A DNA stretch of 64,000 nt from Clostridia bacterium (lineage in GTDB: Bacteria; Bacillota; Clostridia; Oscillospirales; CAG-272): the NCBI GenBank assembly GCA_017937135.1, contig JAGBEE010000020.1, forward strand, positions 78,296-142,295. Direction: 5' to 3'. Made by a program: the position numbers and the translations under genes. Shown one piece after another: positions 38,226 to 49,470 of this stretch (positions are counted from its first letter, which is position 1; each line of letters starts with the position of its first letter). The notes under the pieces were generated by a model that did not search any database, was not told the DNA's origin, and saw only the letters and a program-made list of their open reading frames with translations.

Positions 38226-38780
38226 TTATATTTCCATTATTTCTTTTTCTTTGCTTAAAGTGATATTATCTATTTCTTTGATAAACTTATCTGTAAGGTC
38301 TTGAACATTCTTTTCTGAAGCCTTTTGTTCATCCTCGGTCATCTCAGAATTCTTTTTCATATCCTTTGCCTTGTCCATAGCATCGCGTCTAATGTTACGG
38401 ATAGCAACCTTTGCGTCCTCACCCATCTTGGAAACTTGTTTTTTGAGTTCCTTTCTACGATCCTCTGTAAGCTGAGGGAAAACAAGTCTAATCACCTTGC
38501 CATCATTTGCAGGAGTAATTCCAATATCAGAAGCAAGAATTGCTTTTTCAATTCCCTTTAGAGTTGTTAAATCCCAAGGTTGAATTACTATCGTTCTAGC
38601 ATCTGGCACAGAAACGGTTCCAATTTGGTTTATAGGTGTAGGGGATCCATAATAATCAACATTAATTCTTGAAAGCACATTAGGATTAGCACGTCCTGCT
38701 CTTACTGTATCGAGCTCGTTCTTATATGCTTCTATTGATTTGTTCATTTTTGTTTCAAATTCTTTAGTGTCAAGTTTCAT
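38226..38780 (-). CDS. frr: ribosome recycling factor
   Basis: 184 aa. VRAGRANP, IRNIRRDA. Confidence 0.95.
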   Translation of the reverse strand: MKLDTKEFETKMNKSIEAYKNELDTVRAGRANPNVLSRINVDYYGSPTPINQIGTVSVPDARTIVIQPWDLTTLKGIEKAILASDIGITPANDGKVIRLVFPQLTEDRRKELKKQVSKMGEDAKVAIRNIRRDAMDKAKDMKKNSEMTEDEQKASEKNVQDLTDKFIKEIDNITLSKEKEIMEI

Positions 38781-38781
38781 T

Positions 38782-39501
38782 TTATTCTCCTTTTACGATA
38801 GTGCCCATTTCGGCGCCCATTATTACATTATAAATATTTTCGCATTTATCAAGTCCAAACACATGTATAGAAATATTATTATCCATAGCAAAGGATGTTG
38901 CTGTTGAATCCATTGCATTCAAGCCTCTTGCTAGAATTTCTTTATATGTTATGCTTGAAATTTTTTCGGCTGTTTTATCTTTTCTTGGATCTGCTGTATA
39001 TATAGCATCAATATTTTTTGCCATTAAAACTACATCAGCAGATATTTCAGCTGCTCTTACCACAGCGGCAGTATCAGTAGAAACAAAAGGAATGCCGAGT
39101 CCACCACCAAAAATAACAACCTTTCCATCATCTAGGGCTTTTATAGCGTCGTCTCTTACAAATGCATTTGCAAAAGCTTTCATTTCGACAGAAGTCATTA
39201 CTATTGTATCGATTCCTGCGCGCAAAAATGCTTCCTGCAAAGCAATAGCATTGATACAAGTAGCAATCATTCCCATATGATCAGCTTTTACTCTGTCCAT
39301 ATTTCCACCGCTTCGACCTCGCCATATATTCCCGGCGCCAACAATTATTCCAAATTGAACGCCTTTTTTTATACAATTTTTTATAATTGAAGCGATTTTT
39401 TCAATATACTCAAAATTTAAAATGCCATCATTTCCATTTGAAATGGCTTCGCCCGAAAGCTTGAGTAAGACTCTTTTATAAATTGGTGTCTCGTTTTTCA
39501 A
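38782..39501 (-). CDS. pyrH: UMP kinase
   Basis: YKRVLLKLSGEA and VVIFGGG. TTG start at 39501 preceded by AAGGAG. Confidence 0.95.
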   Translation of the reverse strand: MKNETPIYKRVLLKLSGEAISNGNDGILNFEYIEKIASIIKNCIKKGVQFGIIVGAGNIWRGRSGGNMDRVKADHMGMIATCINAIALQEAFLRAGIDTIVMTSVEMKAFANAFVRDDAIKALDDGKVVIFGGGLGIPFVSTDTAAVVRAAEISADVVLMAKNIDAIYTADPRKDKTAEKISSITYKEILARGLNAMDSTATSFAMDNNISIHVFGLDKCENIYNVIMGAEMGTIVKGE

Positions 39502-39614
39502 AATAACTCCTTAAAATACATAAACATAGTCATATATATAATACTATATTTTTTATTATTTGTAAATAGGAAAAATAATTTTTTAACATTTAAAATATAA
39601 AAAATATAATTTTA

Positions 39615-39647
39615 AAACAAAAAAGGAGCTCTTTTGAACTCCTTTTA
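39615..39647 (-). terminator. terminator downstream of rpsU
   Basis: On the minus strand: AAAAGGAGTTC aaaa GAGCTCCTTTTTT. Confidence 0.65.
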
Positions 39648-39695
39648 TTGTTGTAAGCTAAATTTGAATTTGCAAACATTCAACTAAAACACAAA

Positions 39696-39872
39696 TTATT
39701 TATATTTGCGTTTTCTTGCTGCTTCAGATTTCTTCTTTCTCTTTACACTGGGTTTTTCGTAATGCTCTCTCTTACGAAGCTCCATGAGAACTCCAGATCT
39801 TGCACATTGGCGCTTAAATCTGCGAAGTGCACTATCGAGTGATTCATTTTCTTTAACTCTGATTTCTGCCAT
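39696..39872 (-). CDS. rpsU: 30S ribosomal protein S21 (missing from the supplied ORF track because it is under 60 aa)
   Basis: Hand translation gives [58 protein letters not shown] (58 aa). GGAGGG SD lies 7 nt upstream. Confidence 0.9.
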   Translation of the reverse strand: MAEIRVKENESLDSALRRFKRQCARSGVLMELRKREHYEKPSVKRKKKSEAARKRKYK

Positions 39873-39919
39873 TTATTTTCCCTCCCCCCGCGTGTAGCAA
39901 AGGATTAAATCTCTTGACT

Positions 39920-39949
39920 ATTATATTACAAAACAATTGTATTTGTCAA
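39920..39949 (-). promoter_or_regulatory. promoter of rpsU
   Basis: On the minus strand: TTGACA (39949-39944), an 18-nt spacer, TATAAT (39925-39920). Confidence 0.55.
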
Positions 39950-39978
39950 TAGAATTTTTATATTTTTTTGAAAAAAAG

Positions 39979-42381
39979 TTATTTTACTACAATATTAACT
40001 ATTTTTCCTGGTACAAAAATCTCTTTAACAATAGTTTTATCCTTTATTGAATCTGCCACCTTCTGCTCTTTTTTAGCAATTTCAATTGCATCCTCCTTAG
40101 AAATATTTTTAGAAATCTCTATTGTAGCACGCAATTTGCCATTTACTTGAACAGCAATTTTTACAGTGTCATCTATTGTTTTTGATTCATCATAAAGAGG
40201 CCATTTTTCAAGAGATAAAAATGTTGAATTACCCAATTGCTCCCACATTTCTTCTGTTAAGTGTGGAGCGAATGGATTAAGAAGCTTAATAACTACTATT
40301 AATTCATCTTTTGTAAGTGAACCGTTTTCGTAAACTTCGTTTACAAAAGCCATCATTGCAGCTATAGCGGTATTAAATTTCATTGTATCAATATCAGATG
40401 TAACCTTCTTAATAAGCTTATGCAAGGATACTTCAAGCTTTGGTGAAACACCATTTCCACTAACAATTTCTGAAAGCGAGCAGACTCTATCAAGGAAACG
40501 CTTACAGCCTCTAATACTTGCCGGATTCCATGGAGCGGCCTTCTCAAAATCTCCAATAAACATTTCGTAAAGACGAAGCGTATCGGCGCCAAACTCAGCA
40601 ATTACATCATCGGGATTAACTACATTTCCACGTGATTTTGACATTTTTTCGCCATTTTCACCGAGTATCATTCCATGTGCTGTTCTCTTTTTATATGGTT
40701 CTTTACATCCTATAACATCAATATCGTATAAGAATTTTGCCCAGAAGCGTGAGTACAAAAGATGCAAAGTAACGTGCTCCATACCACCATTATACCAGTC
40801 AACTGGCATCCAATAATCAATTGCTTCACGAGAAGCAAGCTCGTTTTTGTTATCCGGGTCACAATAACGTAAGAAGTACCATGAGGAACCCGCCCACTGT
40901 GGCATTGTATCAGTTTCTCTCTTTGCAGGTGCTCCACAATGAGGACATGTAGTATTAACCCACTCATCTATTTTTGAAAGTGGAGATTCACCTGTATCTG
41001 TAGGCTCATAATGCTCTACGTCGGGTAGTCTTATAGGAAGTTCATTTTCTGGAACAGGAACCCAACCGCATTTATCGCACCAAACCATAGGAACTGGTTC
41101 TCCCCAGTATCTTTGACGTGAGAATACCCAGTCTCGTAATTTATAATTAACCTTTGAATGTCCCTTTTTGTTATCTTCAAGCCATTTAATTATAGCTTTT
41201 TTTGCTTCGCTAATCTCGAGTCCATTTAAAAATTCAGAGTTACAAAGAATTCCTGTTGCAACATCAGTGAAAGCTGCTTCTTGAACGTTTCCACCTTCAA
41301 CAACCTCAATAATAGGAAGAGAAAATACCTTAGCAAAATCCCAGTCTCTATCATCGTGAGCAGGAACTGCCATAATAGCTCCAGTGCCATATGTTGAAAG
41401 AACATAGTCAGAAATAAATATTGGAATTTCTTTATTATTTACAGGGTTAATTGCTTTAATTCCCTTCAAGCACACTCCTGTTTTCTCTTTTACAAGTTCA
41501 GTTCTTTCAAAGTCAGACTTTTTCGATGCTTCTATTTTGTAATTATTAACCTCATCGTAGTTAGTAATTTTATCCTTCCATTTTTCAACAAGTGCGTGCT
41601 CTGGTGCCATTACCATATATGTAGCACCAAAAAGTGTGTCTGGACGTGTTGTATAAACTGTCACCTCATCACCCATATTGGTTCCAAAATTAACCTCAGC
41701 ACCTTCACTTCTGCCTATCCAGTTGATTTCTTGAGTCTTTATTCTTTCAAGAAAATCCACCTCTGCCAAATCATCGATAAGTCTTTGTGCATATGCAGTA
41801 ATTTTAAGCATCCATTGGCTTTTTACCTTGTGTACTACCTCGCTGCCACATCTCTCGCAAACACCATTGACAACCTCTTCATTTGCAAGAACGCACTTAC
41901 ATGATGTACAGAAGTTTACATTCATTTCTTTTTTGTAAGCAAGTCCTTTTTTATATAGCTGTAAAAATATCCACTGAGTCCATTTAAAATAATCAGGGTC
42001 AGTTGTGTTAATCTCTCTTGACCAGTCAAAGCTATAGCCAATAGATTTAAGCTGTTCCTTAAAATGCCTAATGTTATTTTCTGTTACAATTTTTGGATGA
42101 ATGTGATTCTTTATTGCATAGTTCTCAGTTGGTAATCCAAATGCATCCCATCCCATTGGGAAAAGCACATTATATCCTTCCATTCTCTTCTTTCTTGATA
42201 CAATATCCATTGCTGTATATGGTCTTGGATGTCCAATGTGAAGCCCTTGTCCTGATGGATATGGAAATTCAATAAGAGTATAATATTTAGGCTTTGAATA
42301 GTCATTAGAGACTTTAAATGCTTCTTTTTCATCCCATTTATTTTGCCATTTTTTATCAATATTGTTAAATTCGTACTTCAT
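39979..42381 (-). CDS. leuS: leucine--tRNA ligase
   Basis: 800 aa. HIGH ([10 protein letters not shown]) and KMSKS motifs. Confidence 0.97.
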   Translation of the reverse strand: MKYEFNNIDKKWQNKWDEKEAFKVSNDYSKPKYYTLIEFPYPSGQGLHIGHPRPYTAMDIVSRKKRMEGYNVLFPMGWDAFGLPTENYAIKNHIHPKIVTENNIRHFKEQLKSIGYSFDWSREINTTDPDYFKWTQWIFLQLYKKGLAYKKEMNVNFCTSCKCVLANEEVVNGVCERCGSEVVHKVKSQWMLKITAYAQRLIDDLAEVDFLERIKTQEINWIGRSEGAEVNFGTNMGDEVTVYTTRPDTLFGATYMVMAPEHALVEKWKDKITNYDEVNNYKIEASKKSDFERTELVKEKTGVCLKGIKAINPVNNKEIPIFISDYVLSTYGTGAIMAVPAHDDRDWDFAKVFSLPIIEVVEGGNVQEAAFTDVATGILCNSEFLNGLEISEAKKAIIKWLEDNKKGHSKVNYKLRDWVFSRQRYWGEPVPMVWCDKCGWVPVPENELPIRLPDVEHYEPTDTGESPLSKIDEWVNTTCPHCGAPAKRETDTMPQWAGSSWYFLRYCDPDNKNELASREAIDYWMPVDWYNGGMEHVTLHLLYSRFWAKFLYDIDVIGCKEPYKKRTAHGMILGENGEKMSKSRGNVVNPDDVIAEFGADTLRLYEMFIGDFEKAAPWNPASIRGCKRFLDRVCSLSEIVSGNGVSPKLEVSLHKLIKKVTSDIDTMKFNTAIAAMMAFVNEVYENGSLTKDELIVVIKLLNPFAPHLTEEMWEQLGNSTFLSLEKWPLYDESKTIDDTVKIAVQVNGKLRATIEISKNISKEDAIEIAKKEQKVADSIKDKTIVKEIFVPGKIVNIVVK

Positions 42382-42390
42382 ATATGCTCC

Positions 42391-42792
42391 TTAGTTTGCG
42401 ATAATAATATTTGATATATCAATTTCTTCGGCATCTGCCCATAGTTTTTCTAATTTATAAAAATCCCTCGCTTCATTAGAAAAAATATGAACTATTACAT
42501 CATGACAGTCAACAACCTTCCAATCTGGACAATCATTTCCTTCTAATCTTACATAAGGAACTTGTCCTACCCCAAGCTGAAATTCTACTTCGTCTGCCAA
42601 AGTTTTTATTTGAGTTGTTGAATTACCAGTACAGATAACAAAATAATCTGCTATTATTGTCTTGTTATCAATTTTTAACACTTTAATATCATTCGCTCTT
42701 TTACTATCAAGAGTTTTTACTATAGCTTTTGCTATTTCCATAGCATTAGCCTCTTTTAGCTCTCCTTCGTTAACCTTAAATAATTCGTCCAT
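42391..42792 (-). CDS. rsfS: ribosome silencing factor RsfS
   Basis: 133 aa. ADYFVICTGNS and DVIVHIF blocks. Confidence 0.9.
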   Translation of the reverse strand: MDELFKVNEGELKEANAMEIAKAIVKTLDSKRANDIKVLKIDNKTIIADYFVICTGNSTTQIKTLADEVEFQLGVGQVPYVRLEGNDCPDWKVVDCHDVIVHIFSNEARDFYKLEKLWADAEEIDISNIIIAN

Positions 42793-42810
42793 TTAAACCT
42801 CCTGATACAA

Positions 42811-43449
42811 TTATATCGTTTTGCAAGTTAAAAAATAATTTCTTGCACATACAGTGTCGTAATCAATTTGCTTTTCTTCTTCTATCAAATTTTTAATTGT
42901 ATAATCAAAAGACAAAACCATTGTCTTTATAAATACTCCTAATTTTTCTTCATAGCTATTGGAATTTTTTATATTTTCGTAAAAATAGTTGCGCAATTTA
43001 ACACAATCTTCAAACGTCCTACCTTCTTCAATATAGTCGGCAAGATAAACAATTGCCTCGAACAAAGACATATTTGCCCTTGCTGTAGTATGATAAAATA
43101 TTGCGTTATATATCTCGTTATCAACTATTTCTTCGCCAAAAAGTCTTTTAGCATATTCACACCCAGTTTTTGAATGTAATAATTTTGGAATCACATTATT
43201 TTCATCAAAAAGAATCCCATATTCTTTACATAACAATAGTTGTTTATCTGTTTTGAAATCCTTTGTTATATCGTGCAATAATCCGCATAAATATAGTTTT
43301 TTTGCCTTTTCGGGTAAAAATAATTTTCCCAACTCATACGCTTCCTTTGCAACTCCCAAGGTGTGTGAATATCTTTTTCCTTTTTGAAACTTTTGAACAG
43401 TAGCTTTTATAAAATCAAAGTCATAATCCATAAAATCACTCTTAAACAT
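42811..43449 (-). CDS. yqeK: HD-domain bis(5'-nucleosyl)-tetraphosphatase YqeK
   Basis: HD motif (GLLHDITKD). Conserved nadD-yqeK-rsfS order. Confidence 0.85.
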   Translation of the reverse strand: MFKSDFMDYDFDFIKATVQKFQKGKRYSHTLGVAKEAYELGKLFLPEKAKKLYLCGLLHDITKDFKTDKQLLLCKEYGILFDENNVIPKLLHSKTGCEYAKRLFGEEIVDNEIYNAIFYHTTARANMSLFEAIVYLADYIEEGRTFEDCVKLRNYFYENIKNSNSYEEKLGVFIKTMVLSFDYTIKNLIEEEKQIDYDTVCARNYFLTCKTI

Positions 43450-44047
43450 ATAATTTGTTTTTGGTTATATACTCATATACATCTTTTGATACAAAATTTT
43501 GCAGTTTTTCTTTACAACTTATCGCTTCTCTTATTTCGCTTGAAGAAACCTCAATAACATCAAGCTCTAATAAAATAATCTGTGCTTCGTATTTCTCTCG
43601 GTATTCTCTGCATTTTTGATCTATTAAAATAGAGTTTTCTTCGTCGTTTTCGCGTCTAGCATAAACTATTTTTGAATTTTTAAAAATGTATTCTGGTTTA
43701 TACCAAGTATCCATCGAAAGAATCATGTCTGTTCCACATAAAAAATATATATCATCATATCCGTTATCTTTGAAATAGCGAATTGTTTCAGCAGTGTAGC
43801 TCTTTCCCTTTCGTTTTATTTCCATATCAGATACTACAACTCTATTTGATAAGTTAGAAAATGCAATTTTTGTCATTTCAAGCCTGTTTTCAGCGCTAAC
43901 ATTTGATGATATGCACTTATGTGGTGGCAAAAATACAGGAATAACATATATTTGATCAAGATCTATTTTTTTAATAAAGCTTTTACAAGCATTAATATGT
44001 CCTATATGTGGAGGGTCGAACGTTCCCCCGAAAATTCCTATTTTCAT
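43442..44047 (-). CDS. nadD: nicotinate-nucleotide adenylyltransferase
   Basis: GIFGGTFDPPHIGH. Confidence 0.93.
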   Translation of the reverse strand: MKIGIFGGTFDPPHIGHINACKSFIKKIDLDQIYVIPVFLPPHKCISSNVSAENRLEMTKIAFSNLSNRVVVSDMEIKRKGKSYTAETIRYFKDNGYDDIYFLCGTDMILSMDTWYKPEYIFKNSKIVYARRENDEENSILIDQKCREYREKYEAQIILLELDVIEVSSSEIREAISCKEKLQNFVSKDVYEYITKNKLYV

Positions 44048-44346
44048 TTTATTTTATTCAACTCTATTTTTCTGTTATTTTCCTTATCAGAAACTCTAAA
44101 AAGTACTATTTTTGTGCCAATGACCTGAACAACTGTGGCACCTATGCTTTCAGCGATAGCATTTGCCACATCTTTAGTTGCCATTGGTGAGTTTTCAAGA
44201 ACCTTAAGCTTTATAAGCTCGCGTGCATTTAAGGCATTTAGTACTTGGTTACACAATTCATCAGTAATACCGCCCTTGCCTATTTGGAAAATTGTATCCA
44301 AATTTACAGCAAGGCTTTTTAAATATGCTCTTTGCTTACTAGTCAT
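44044..44346 (-). CDS. yhbY: YhbY-family (CRM-domain) RNA-binding protein
   Basis: 100 aa. LTSKQRAYLKSLA..IFQIGKGGIT. Confidence 0.88.
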   Translation of the reverse strand: MTSKQRAYLKSLAVNLDTIFQIGKGGITDELCNQVLNALNARELIKLKVLENSPMATKDVANAIAESIGATVVQVIGTKIVLFRVSDKENNRKIELNKIK

Positions 44347-44942
44347 GATAACACCTGTGTTAATTTTTTTATTAAAGAACGCATTGCTGTTCCTCTGTGG
44401 CTAACCTTGTTCTTTTTTGCCATATCAACCTCAGCGAAGGTTTTTCCAAAAGGCTCATAATAAAATAACGGATCGTAACCAAAGCCTCCTTCGCCCTGCC
44501 TCTCGTTTAAAATCTTACCATAGCATTCGCCTCTTACGGTAAAATCCTTAGAATGATCAGGGAAAACGCACGCCATAGCACATACGTATTTAGCATTTCT
44601 TATAGGTTCATTTTTTAGTTTTTCCAGAAGAAGATCGTTATTGTCCTCGTCGCTTCCACCAGAAAAACGCGCTGAATATATACCAGGTCCTCCAGAAAGT
44701 GCATCAACGCATAAGCCCGAATCATCTGCGATACCAATATAACCAAGCTTAGCAGGAACTGATGCTTTAGAAATAGCATTTTCTTCAAAGGTCTTCCCAT
44801 TTTCTTCGATTTCCCCATAATAACCAATATCATCAAGCGATAATACTGTTATATCAAGCGTTGAAAGCTCTTTGAAAAATGTCCTTAATTCATTAATTTT
44901 GTTTTTATTTCTTGTTGCAAGTACTACTTTTATCATATTCAT
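44343..44942 (-). CDS. rdgB: XTP/dITP diphosphatase (RdgB/HAM1)
   Basis: ATRNKNK, DDSGLCVDAL.GGPGIYSAR and GFGYDPLF. Confidence 0.92.
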   Translation of the reverse strand: MNMIKVVLATRNKNKINELRTFFKELSTLDITVLSLDDIGYYGEIEENGKTFEENAISKASVPAKLGYIGIADDSGLCVDALSGGPGIYSARFSGGSDEDNNDLLLEKLKNEPIRNAKYVCAMACVFPDHSKDFTVRGECYGKILNERQGEGGFGYDPLFYYEPFGKTFAEVDMAKKNKVSHRGTAMRSLIKKLTQVLS

Positions 44943-45844
44943 TCAAATAATGCGTTAATAAAATCATCCGCATCGAATTTCTCCATATCGTCGATTTGTT
45001 CTCCAACACCAATAAACTTAACAGGAATATTAAGTTCATTTTTTATTGAGAATATTATTCCACCCTTTGCTGTACCATCAAGCTTAGTAAGAACAATACC
45101 TGTAATGTCAGCGGCATTTTTAAATTCTTTTGCTTGATTTACTGCATTTTGACCTGTTGTAGAATCAAGAACTAATAGTGTTTCTCTATTTGAATCAGGA
45201 AGCTCACGTGAAATTACCCTATCAATCTTAGCAAGCTCATTCATTAAATTTTTCTTATTATGCAAACGTCCTGCAGTATCAATTATTAAGGCGTCTGCGC
45301 TACGCTTTTTAGCGGCATTGATAGCATCAAACACAACTGCGGCAGGGTCAGAGCCCTCAGTATGCTTTATCAACTCAACACCTGCTCTATCAGTCCAAAC
45401 AGAAAGCTGATCAATTGCTGCTGCTCTAAATGTATCAGCGGCTGCAACAACAACCTTTTTATGCTGTCTTTTAAGAGAAGCTGCTATTTTACCTATGGAA
45501 GTGGTTTTTCCAACACCATTGACGCCTATTACAAGAATAACTGTTATTCCTTTACCGAAGACAATTTCTCCACCATTGCCAACCATATCGTGCATAATGG
45601 ATTTCAAAGCTATCTTAACTTCTTCAGAATCTTTAATTTTATTTTCTTTTATACGTACTCGAAGCTCGGTTAAAATTTCATCTGCTGTAACCGCTCCAAC
45701 ATCTGCGCAAACAAGGATTTCTTCAAGCTCGTCCATTAAATCTTCATCAACACCACGCAAGCTTTTAAACAACTCAGCAAAAGGCTTAATTATAGCGTTT
45801 TTGGTTTTTTGAAGTCCTCTTTTTAATTTTTCAAAAAAAGACAT
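44939..45844 (-). CDS. ftsY: signal recognition particle receptor FtsY
   Basis: GVNGVGKTT, DTAGR and TKLDGTAKGG. Confidence 0.96.
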   Translation of the reverse strand: MSFFEKLKRGLQKTKNAIIKPFAELFKSLRGVDEDLMDELEEILVCADVGAVTADEILTELRVRIKENKIKDSEEVKIALKSIMHDMVGNGGEIVFGKGITVILVIGVNGVGKTTSIGKIAASLKRQHKKVVVAAADTFRAAAIDQLSVWTDRAGVELIKHTEGSDPAAVVFDAINAAKKRSADALIIDTAGRLHNKKNLMNELAKIDRVISRELPDSNRETLLVLDSTTGQNAVNQAKEFKNAADITGIVLTKLDGTAKGGIIFSIKNELNIPVKFIGVGEQIDDMEKFDADDFINALFE

Positions 45845-45855
45845 ACATACTCCTT

Positions 45856-48800
45856 TTATTTTTGATTATTTTCTTTTAGTATTCTGTCCTTTCCAACGTC
45901 GTTTATATCCATTGTTAGAACTTTTGATATACCCTTTTGAGGCATAGTTACACCATAAAGTCTATCAGCAATCTCCATTGTTCCTCGACGGTGAGTAATA
46001 ATAATAAACTGCGTTTGCTTAGAATAACGTTTTATGTATTGTCCAAATCTTGTAACATTTACATCATCAAGCGCTGCTTCAATTTCATCAAATACGCAGA
46101 AAGGTGTAGGATTAACCTTTAGTATAGCAAATAACAATGCAATAGCAACAAATGCCTGCTCTCCTCCCGAAAGAAGCATTAAGCTCTTTATTACCTTGCC
46201 TGGAGGAGCTGCTTTTATTTCTATACCGCAATTAAGAACGTCATTTTCATCAGTCAATGATAACTCAGCATGACCACCACCAAATAACTCAATAAATACA
46301 GAATTGAAATTCTCGTTAATAGAATTAAATGCAGTTATGAAATTTTTCTTCATTTCCTCTTCTAAATCCGCAATAATTTTAAGTAAATCTTCCTTGGATT
46401 TAGTAAGGTCCGAAAGCTGGCCATTCATATAATCGTAGCGTTCTTTTTCTTTTTTAAACTCTTCTATCGCATTAGGATTTACCGAGCCGAGATTTCTCAG
46501 TTTGTTTTTACATTCTGTAGCAACTGCCAAAACATCCTTTCGATTTTTCTCATCAACCTCTGGATATCCAAGTTCAACAGCAGTTGAGTAAGTGAGTCCA
46601 TAATCCTCATAAAGCTTTGCTGTCATTTTGTCAAAATCAGTCGTCAATTGCTCAAGCTTACTTTCACTCATAGTATAAGAACGAACTATAGTCTCTTTTT
46701 TGGAAGAAATTTCCTTGTTTTTTTGGCTTAAATCATTTCTTTTCTTCTCGTATTCTGCCTCAAGGTTTGTAAGTCTTACTCTTTCGTTTTCTAACTTTTC
46801 AAGCCTTTTTTCTGCCTCTTCGTAAAGCTCACGATTTTTTGCAGTTTTTTCAGCAGAAGATGAAACCTCAAAGTTAAGTGATTTCATTTTCTCTTCTCTA
46901 AACAATATATCTTGAACAATTTCATCAAGCTTTGCCTTAGAGTCAGATATCGCAAGCTGTGCAGCCTCTATATCCTTACAGATTTCAGCAATGTAAATGA
47001 GATTCTTATTCATAAAATCTTGAATTTTTTCAGAATCCTCTACATGCTCATATTTTTTAACATCTAAATCGATTCTTAAGGTGTTAATTTGCTCAATTTT
47101 TTCTTCAATTTGAGTGAAGTTTTCTTTTAAAGCAATAACCTCGTTCTTATTTTTTTCATCTTCATCAGAAAGCTTTTCCGTATCTGATTCGAGTGCTTCA
47201 ATAAGATCTTTGTTTATACCTATTTGTGCAACAATTGTATCATAGTCGGTTTTTTCAGCTCTGTAAAGAGCATCTGTTAAATCGTATTGCTGTTTATCTC
47301 CAGAGCGCTGTGATGTTAGACTACGAAGGTCTTCTCCTAGCTTTTGCCCTTCTTCCTTGATTTTCTCAAGTTGAAGTGAAACACCTTTTGCTTCTTCTTC
47401 CATTCTCTTTATATCGTTGCTTCTAGAAAGAACTGTACCTTCGTGTTTAACAGAGCCACCTGTAAATGAACCTCCGACGTTGATTTGTTGTCCGTCGAGA
47501 GTAACAACCTTAATCTTATAGTTTTGCTCCTTCGCCATAGCTGTAGCGTTATCGATGTTATCAAAAATAACAGTTCTACCAAGTAACGACGAAAAAATTT
47601 TAGAAAATTCTGGTTTAAAGTCAATTAAATCATCAGCAACACCAATATAGCCCTTATATTTTTTAGCATTTAGCATCTCTTGAGTAAGATTTTGTCCGCT
47701 AACCGAGCTTATTGGATAAAATGTCGCCCTTCCCGCTTTATGCTCCTTCAATGTCATAATACAAGCCTTAGCTGTATTTTCGTTATCAACAACAATATGC
47801 TGAAGTCCGGCGCCAAGTGCTGTTTCAATAGCTGTTATGTATTTTTCAGAAACAGAAAGCAATGTGGAAACGGGTCCATATACAACACCAGCATTTTCTA
47901 TTTCCTGATTATTGTAAGCTCCCATTATGAAGCCCACACTCTTTGTATAGCCCTCAAATAGCTCTTCCATAGAAGTAAGAGCATTGATTCTTTCTTTCAA
48001 TGCAAGCTCTTTTGATTTAAGAACATTCATTTCTTCCTTAAGCGCGTCATATCGTGATGATTTTTCTTCTATTTCCTTATTTAGGGCGTTTATAGATTTC
48101 TCTAATTTTCCAAGAGCTTCCTCATACTTCGCAAGAGTTTTAGCTATAGTTTCTGATTTTTCGGTTAACTCATCTAAAACTGAACGGTATTTTAAAATAT
48201 CATTTCTAATATTTTCTTTTCTTTCATCTCCAGTGTTTTGAGAGTTTTCAAGAACTGAAAGTCTTATATTAATATCATTTTTTTGAAGCTCAAGATTTTT
48301 TTGCTCTTCAAAAAGCCTTTGAATTTCCTTTTCAATATCATTTTTTAAAGAAATCGCTTTTTCAAATTCGTTTTTTAGCTCAAGTTGCTTATTCTGTGCT
48401 TCATTTAAAGATTTGGTAACAGATTTATAAACCTCTTCTTTTGCCTTTATTTCATTTTCACAAAGCTCTTTCTTTGCTTTTGTCTTCTCCAACTCTTCAA
48501 TTTGAGCACCCGATGAAATTTTAGCATGCTCAACATTGTTCTCCATAACCTTTAAATCGGAATTTAAGTTGGAAAGTGTTGTATTACAGCTTTTAATTTC
48601 AGCATAGACCTTTTCACTTTCTCTACGTGTTTCCAATAGCTTATCATACAATGCTGTATCCTGCATTTCAAGCTGCTTAATAGAATTTTCTATCATTTCA
48701 AGCTCATGAGCAGATAAATTAAAATTATTGTTATATTCTGATATTTCCTTTTTAGTTTTTTGTGAATCATAAATCCACAAGGAAACATCTGCAACCTTTT

Positions 48801-49470
48801 TTCTTTCGTATAATTCGTTAAACTTCTTTGCCTTTTCAGCTTCACGTTCAAGAGGACCAATACGTGATGCAAGCTCATTAAATATGTCATATACACGATC
48901 CATATTATCCTGAGTTTGTTTTAGTTTTCTTTCTGCCTCTTCTTTTTTATATCTATATTTTGAAATACCTGCCGCTTCTTCAAATATATTTCTTCTATCC
49001 TCGCTCTTTTTAGAAATAATCTCAGCGATTCTTCCTTGTCCTATAATTGAATATCCTTCACGACCTACACCAGTATTCATAAAAAGCTCGTATATATCGC
49101 GCAAACGAACAGGATTTCTATTTATCAAATATTCACTTTCTCCCGCACGATAATATCTTCTTGTAACAGTAATAGTATCGTATGGACTATTTAATCTGCC
49201 TTCCTCAGAGGAATTGTCAAATGTTACAGAAACCTCGGCATAACTCATTGGCTTGCGTATTTCTGTACCTATAAAAATTACATCCTCCATCTTAGAACCA
49301 CGAATATTTTTTGAGGAAAGTTCGCCAAGTACCCATCTCATAGCGTCGGTTATATTTGATTTACCACTTCCGTTTGGTCCTACTATTACTGTAGCACCAT
49401 CGTCGAAATACAAAGTGGTCTTGTCAGGGAAAGATTTAAAGCCTTGTAGTTCAAGTGATTTTAAACGCAT
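45856..49470 (-). CDS. smc: chromosome segregation protein SMC
   Basis: 1204 aa. Walker A GPNGSGKSN, a long coiled-coil with a hinge, and a C-terminal LSGGE / Walker B. Confidence 0.97.
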   Translation of the reverse strand: MRLKSLELQGFKSFPDKTTLYFDDGATVIVGPNGSGKSNITDAMRWVLGELSSKNIRGSKMEDVIFIGTEIRKPMSYAEVSVTFDNSSEEGRLNSPYDTITVTRRYYRAGESEYLINRNPVRLRDIYELFMNTGVGREGYSIIGQGRIAEIISKKSEDRRNIFEEAAGISKYRYKKEEAERKLKQTQDNMDRVYDIFNELASRIGPLEREAEKAKKFNELYERKKVADVSLWIYDSQKTKKEISEYNNNFNLSAHELEMIENSIKQLEMQDTALYDKLLETRRESEKVYAEIKSCNTTLSNLNSDLKVMENNVEHAKISSGAQIEELEKTKAKKELCENEIKAKEEVYKSVTKSLNEAQNKQLELKNEFEKAISLKNDIEKEIQRLFEEQKNLELQKNDINIRLSVLENSQNTGDERKENIRNDILKYRSVLDELTEKSETIAKTLAKYEEALGKLEKSINALNKEIEEKSSRYDALKEEMNVLKSKELALKERINALTSMEELFEGYTKSVGFIMGAYNNQEIENAGVVYGPVSTLLSVSEKYITAIETALGAGLQHIVVDNENTAKACIMTLKEHKAGRATFYPISSVSGQNLTQEMLNAKKYKGYIGVADDLIDFKPEFSKIFSSLLGRTVIFDNIDNATAMAKEQNYKIKVVTLDGQQINVGGSFTGGSVKHEGTVLSRSNDIKRMEEEAKGVSLQLEKIKEEGQKLGEDLRSLTSQRSGDKQQYDLTDALYRAEKTDYDTIVAQIGINKDLIEALESDTEKLSDEDEKNKNEVIALKENFTQIEEKIEQINTLRIDLDVKKYEHVEDSEKIQDFMNKNLIYIAEICKDIEAAQLAISDSKAKLDEIVQDILFREEKMKSLNFEVSSSAEKTAKNRELYEEAEKRLEKLENERVRLTNLEAEYEKKRNDLSQKNKEISSKKETIVRSYTMSESKLEQLTTDFDKMTAKLYEDYGLTYSTAVELGYPEVDEKNRKDVLAVATECKNKLRNLGSVNPNAIEEFKKEKERYDYMNGQLSDLTKSKEDLLKIIADLEEEMKKNFITAFNSINENFNSVFIELFGGGHAELSLTDENDVLNCGIEIKAAPPGKVIKSLMLLSGGEQAFVAIALLFAILKVNPTPFCVFDEIEAALDDVNVTRFGQYIKRYSKQTQFIIITHRRGTMEIADRLYGVTMPQKGISKVLTMDINDVGKDRILKENNQK

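Noticed and set aside
42382-42390. T-box leaders upstream of leuS, and likewise upstream of argS (8250-8269).
   Set aside because: Only 9 nt and 20 nt separate these genes from the preceding ones. There is no space for a ~200-nt T-box.
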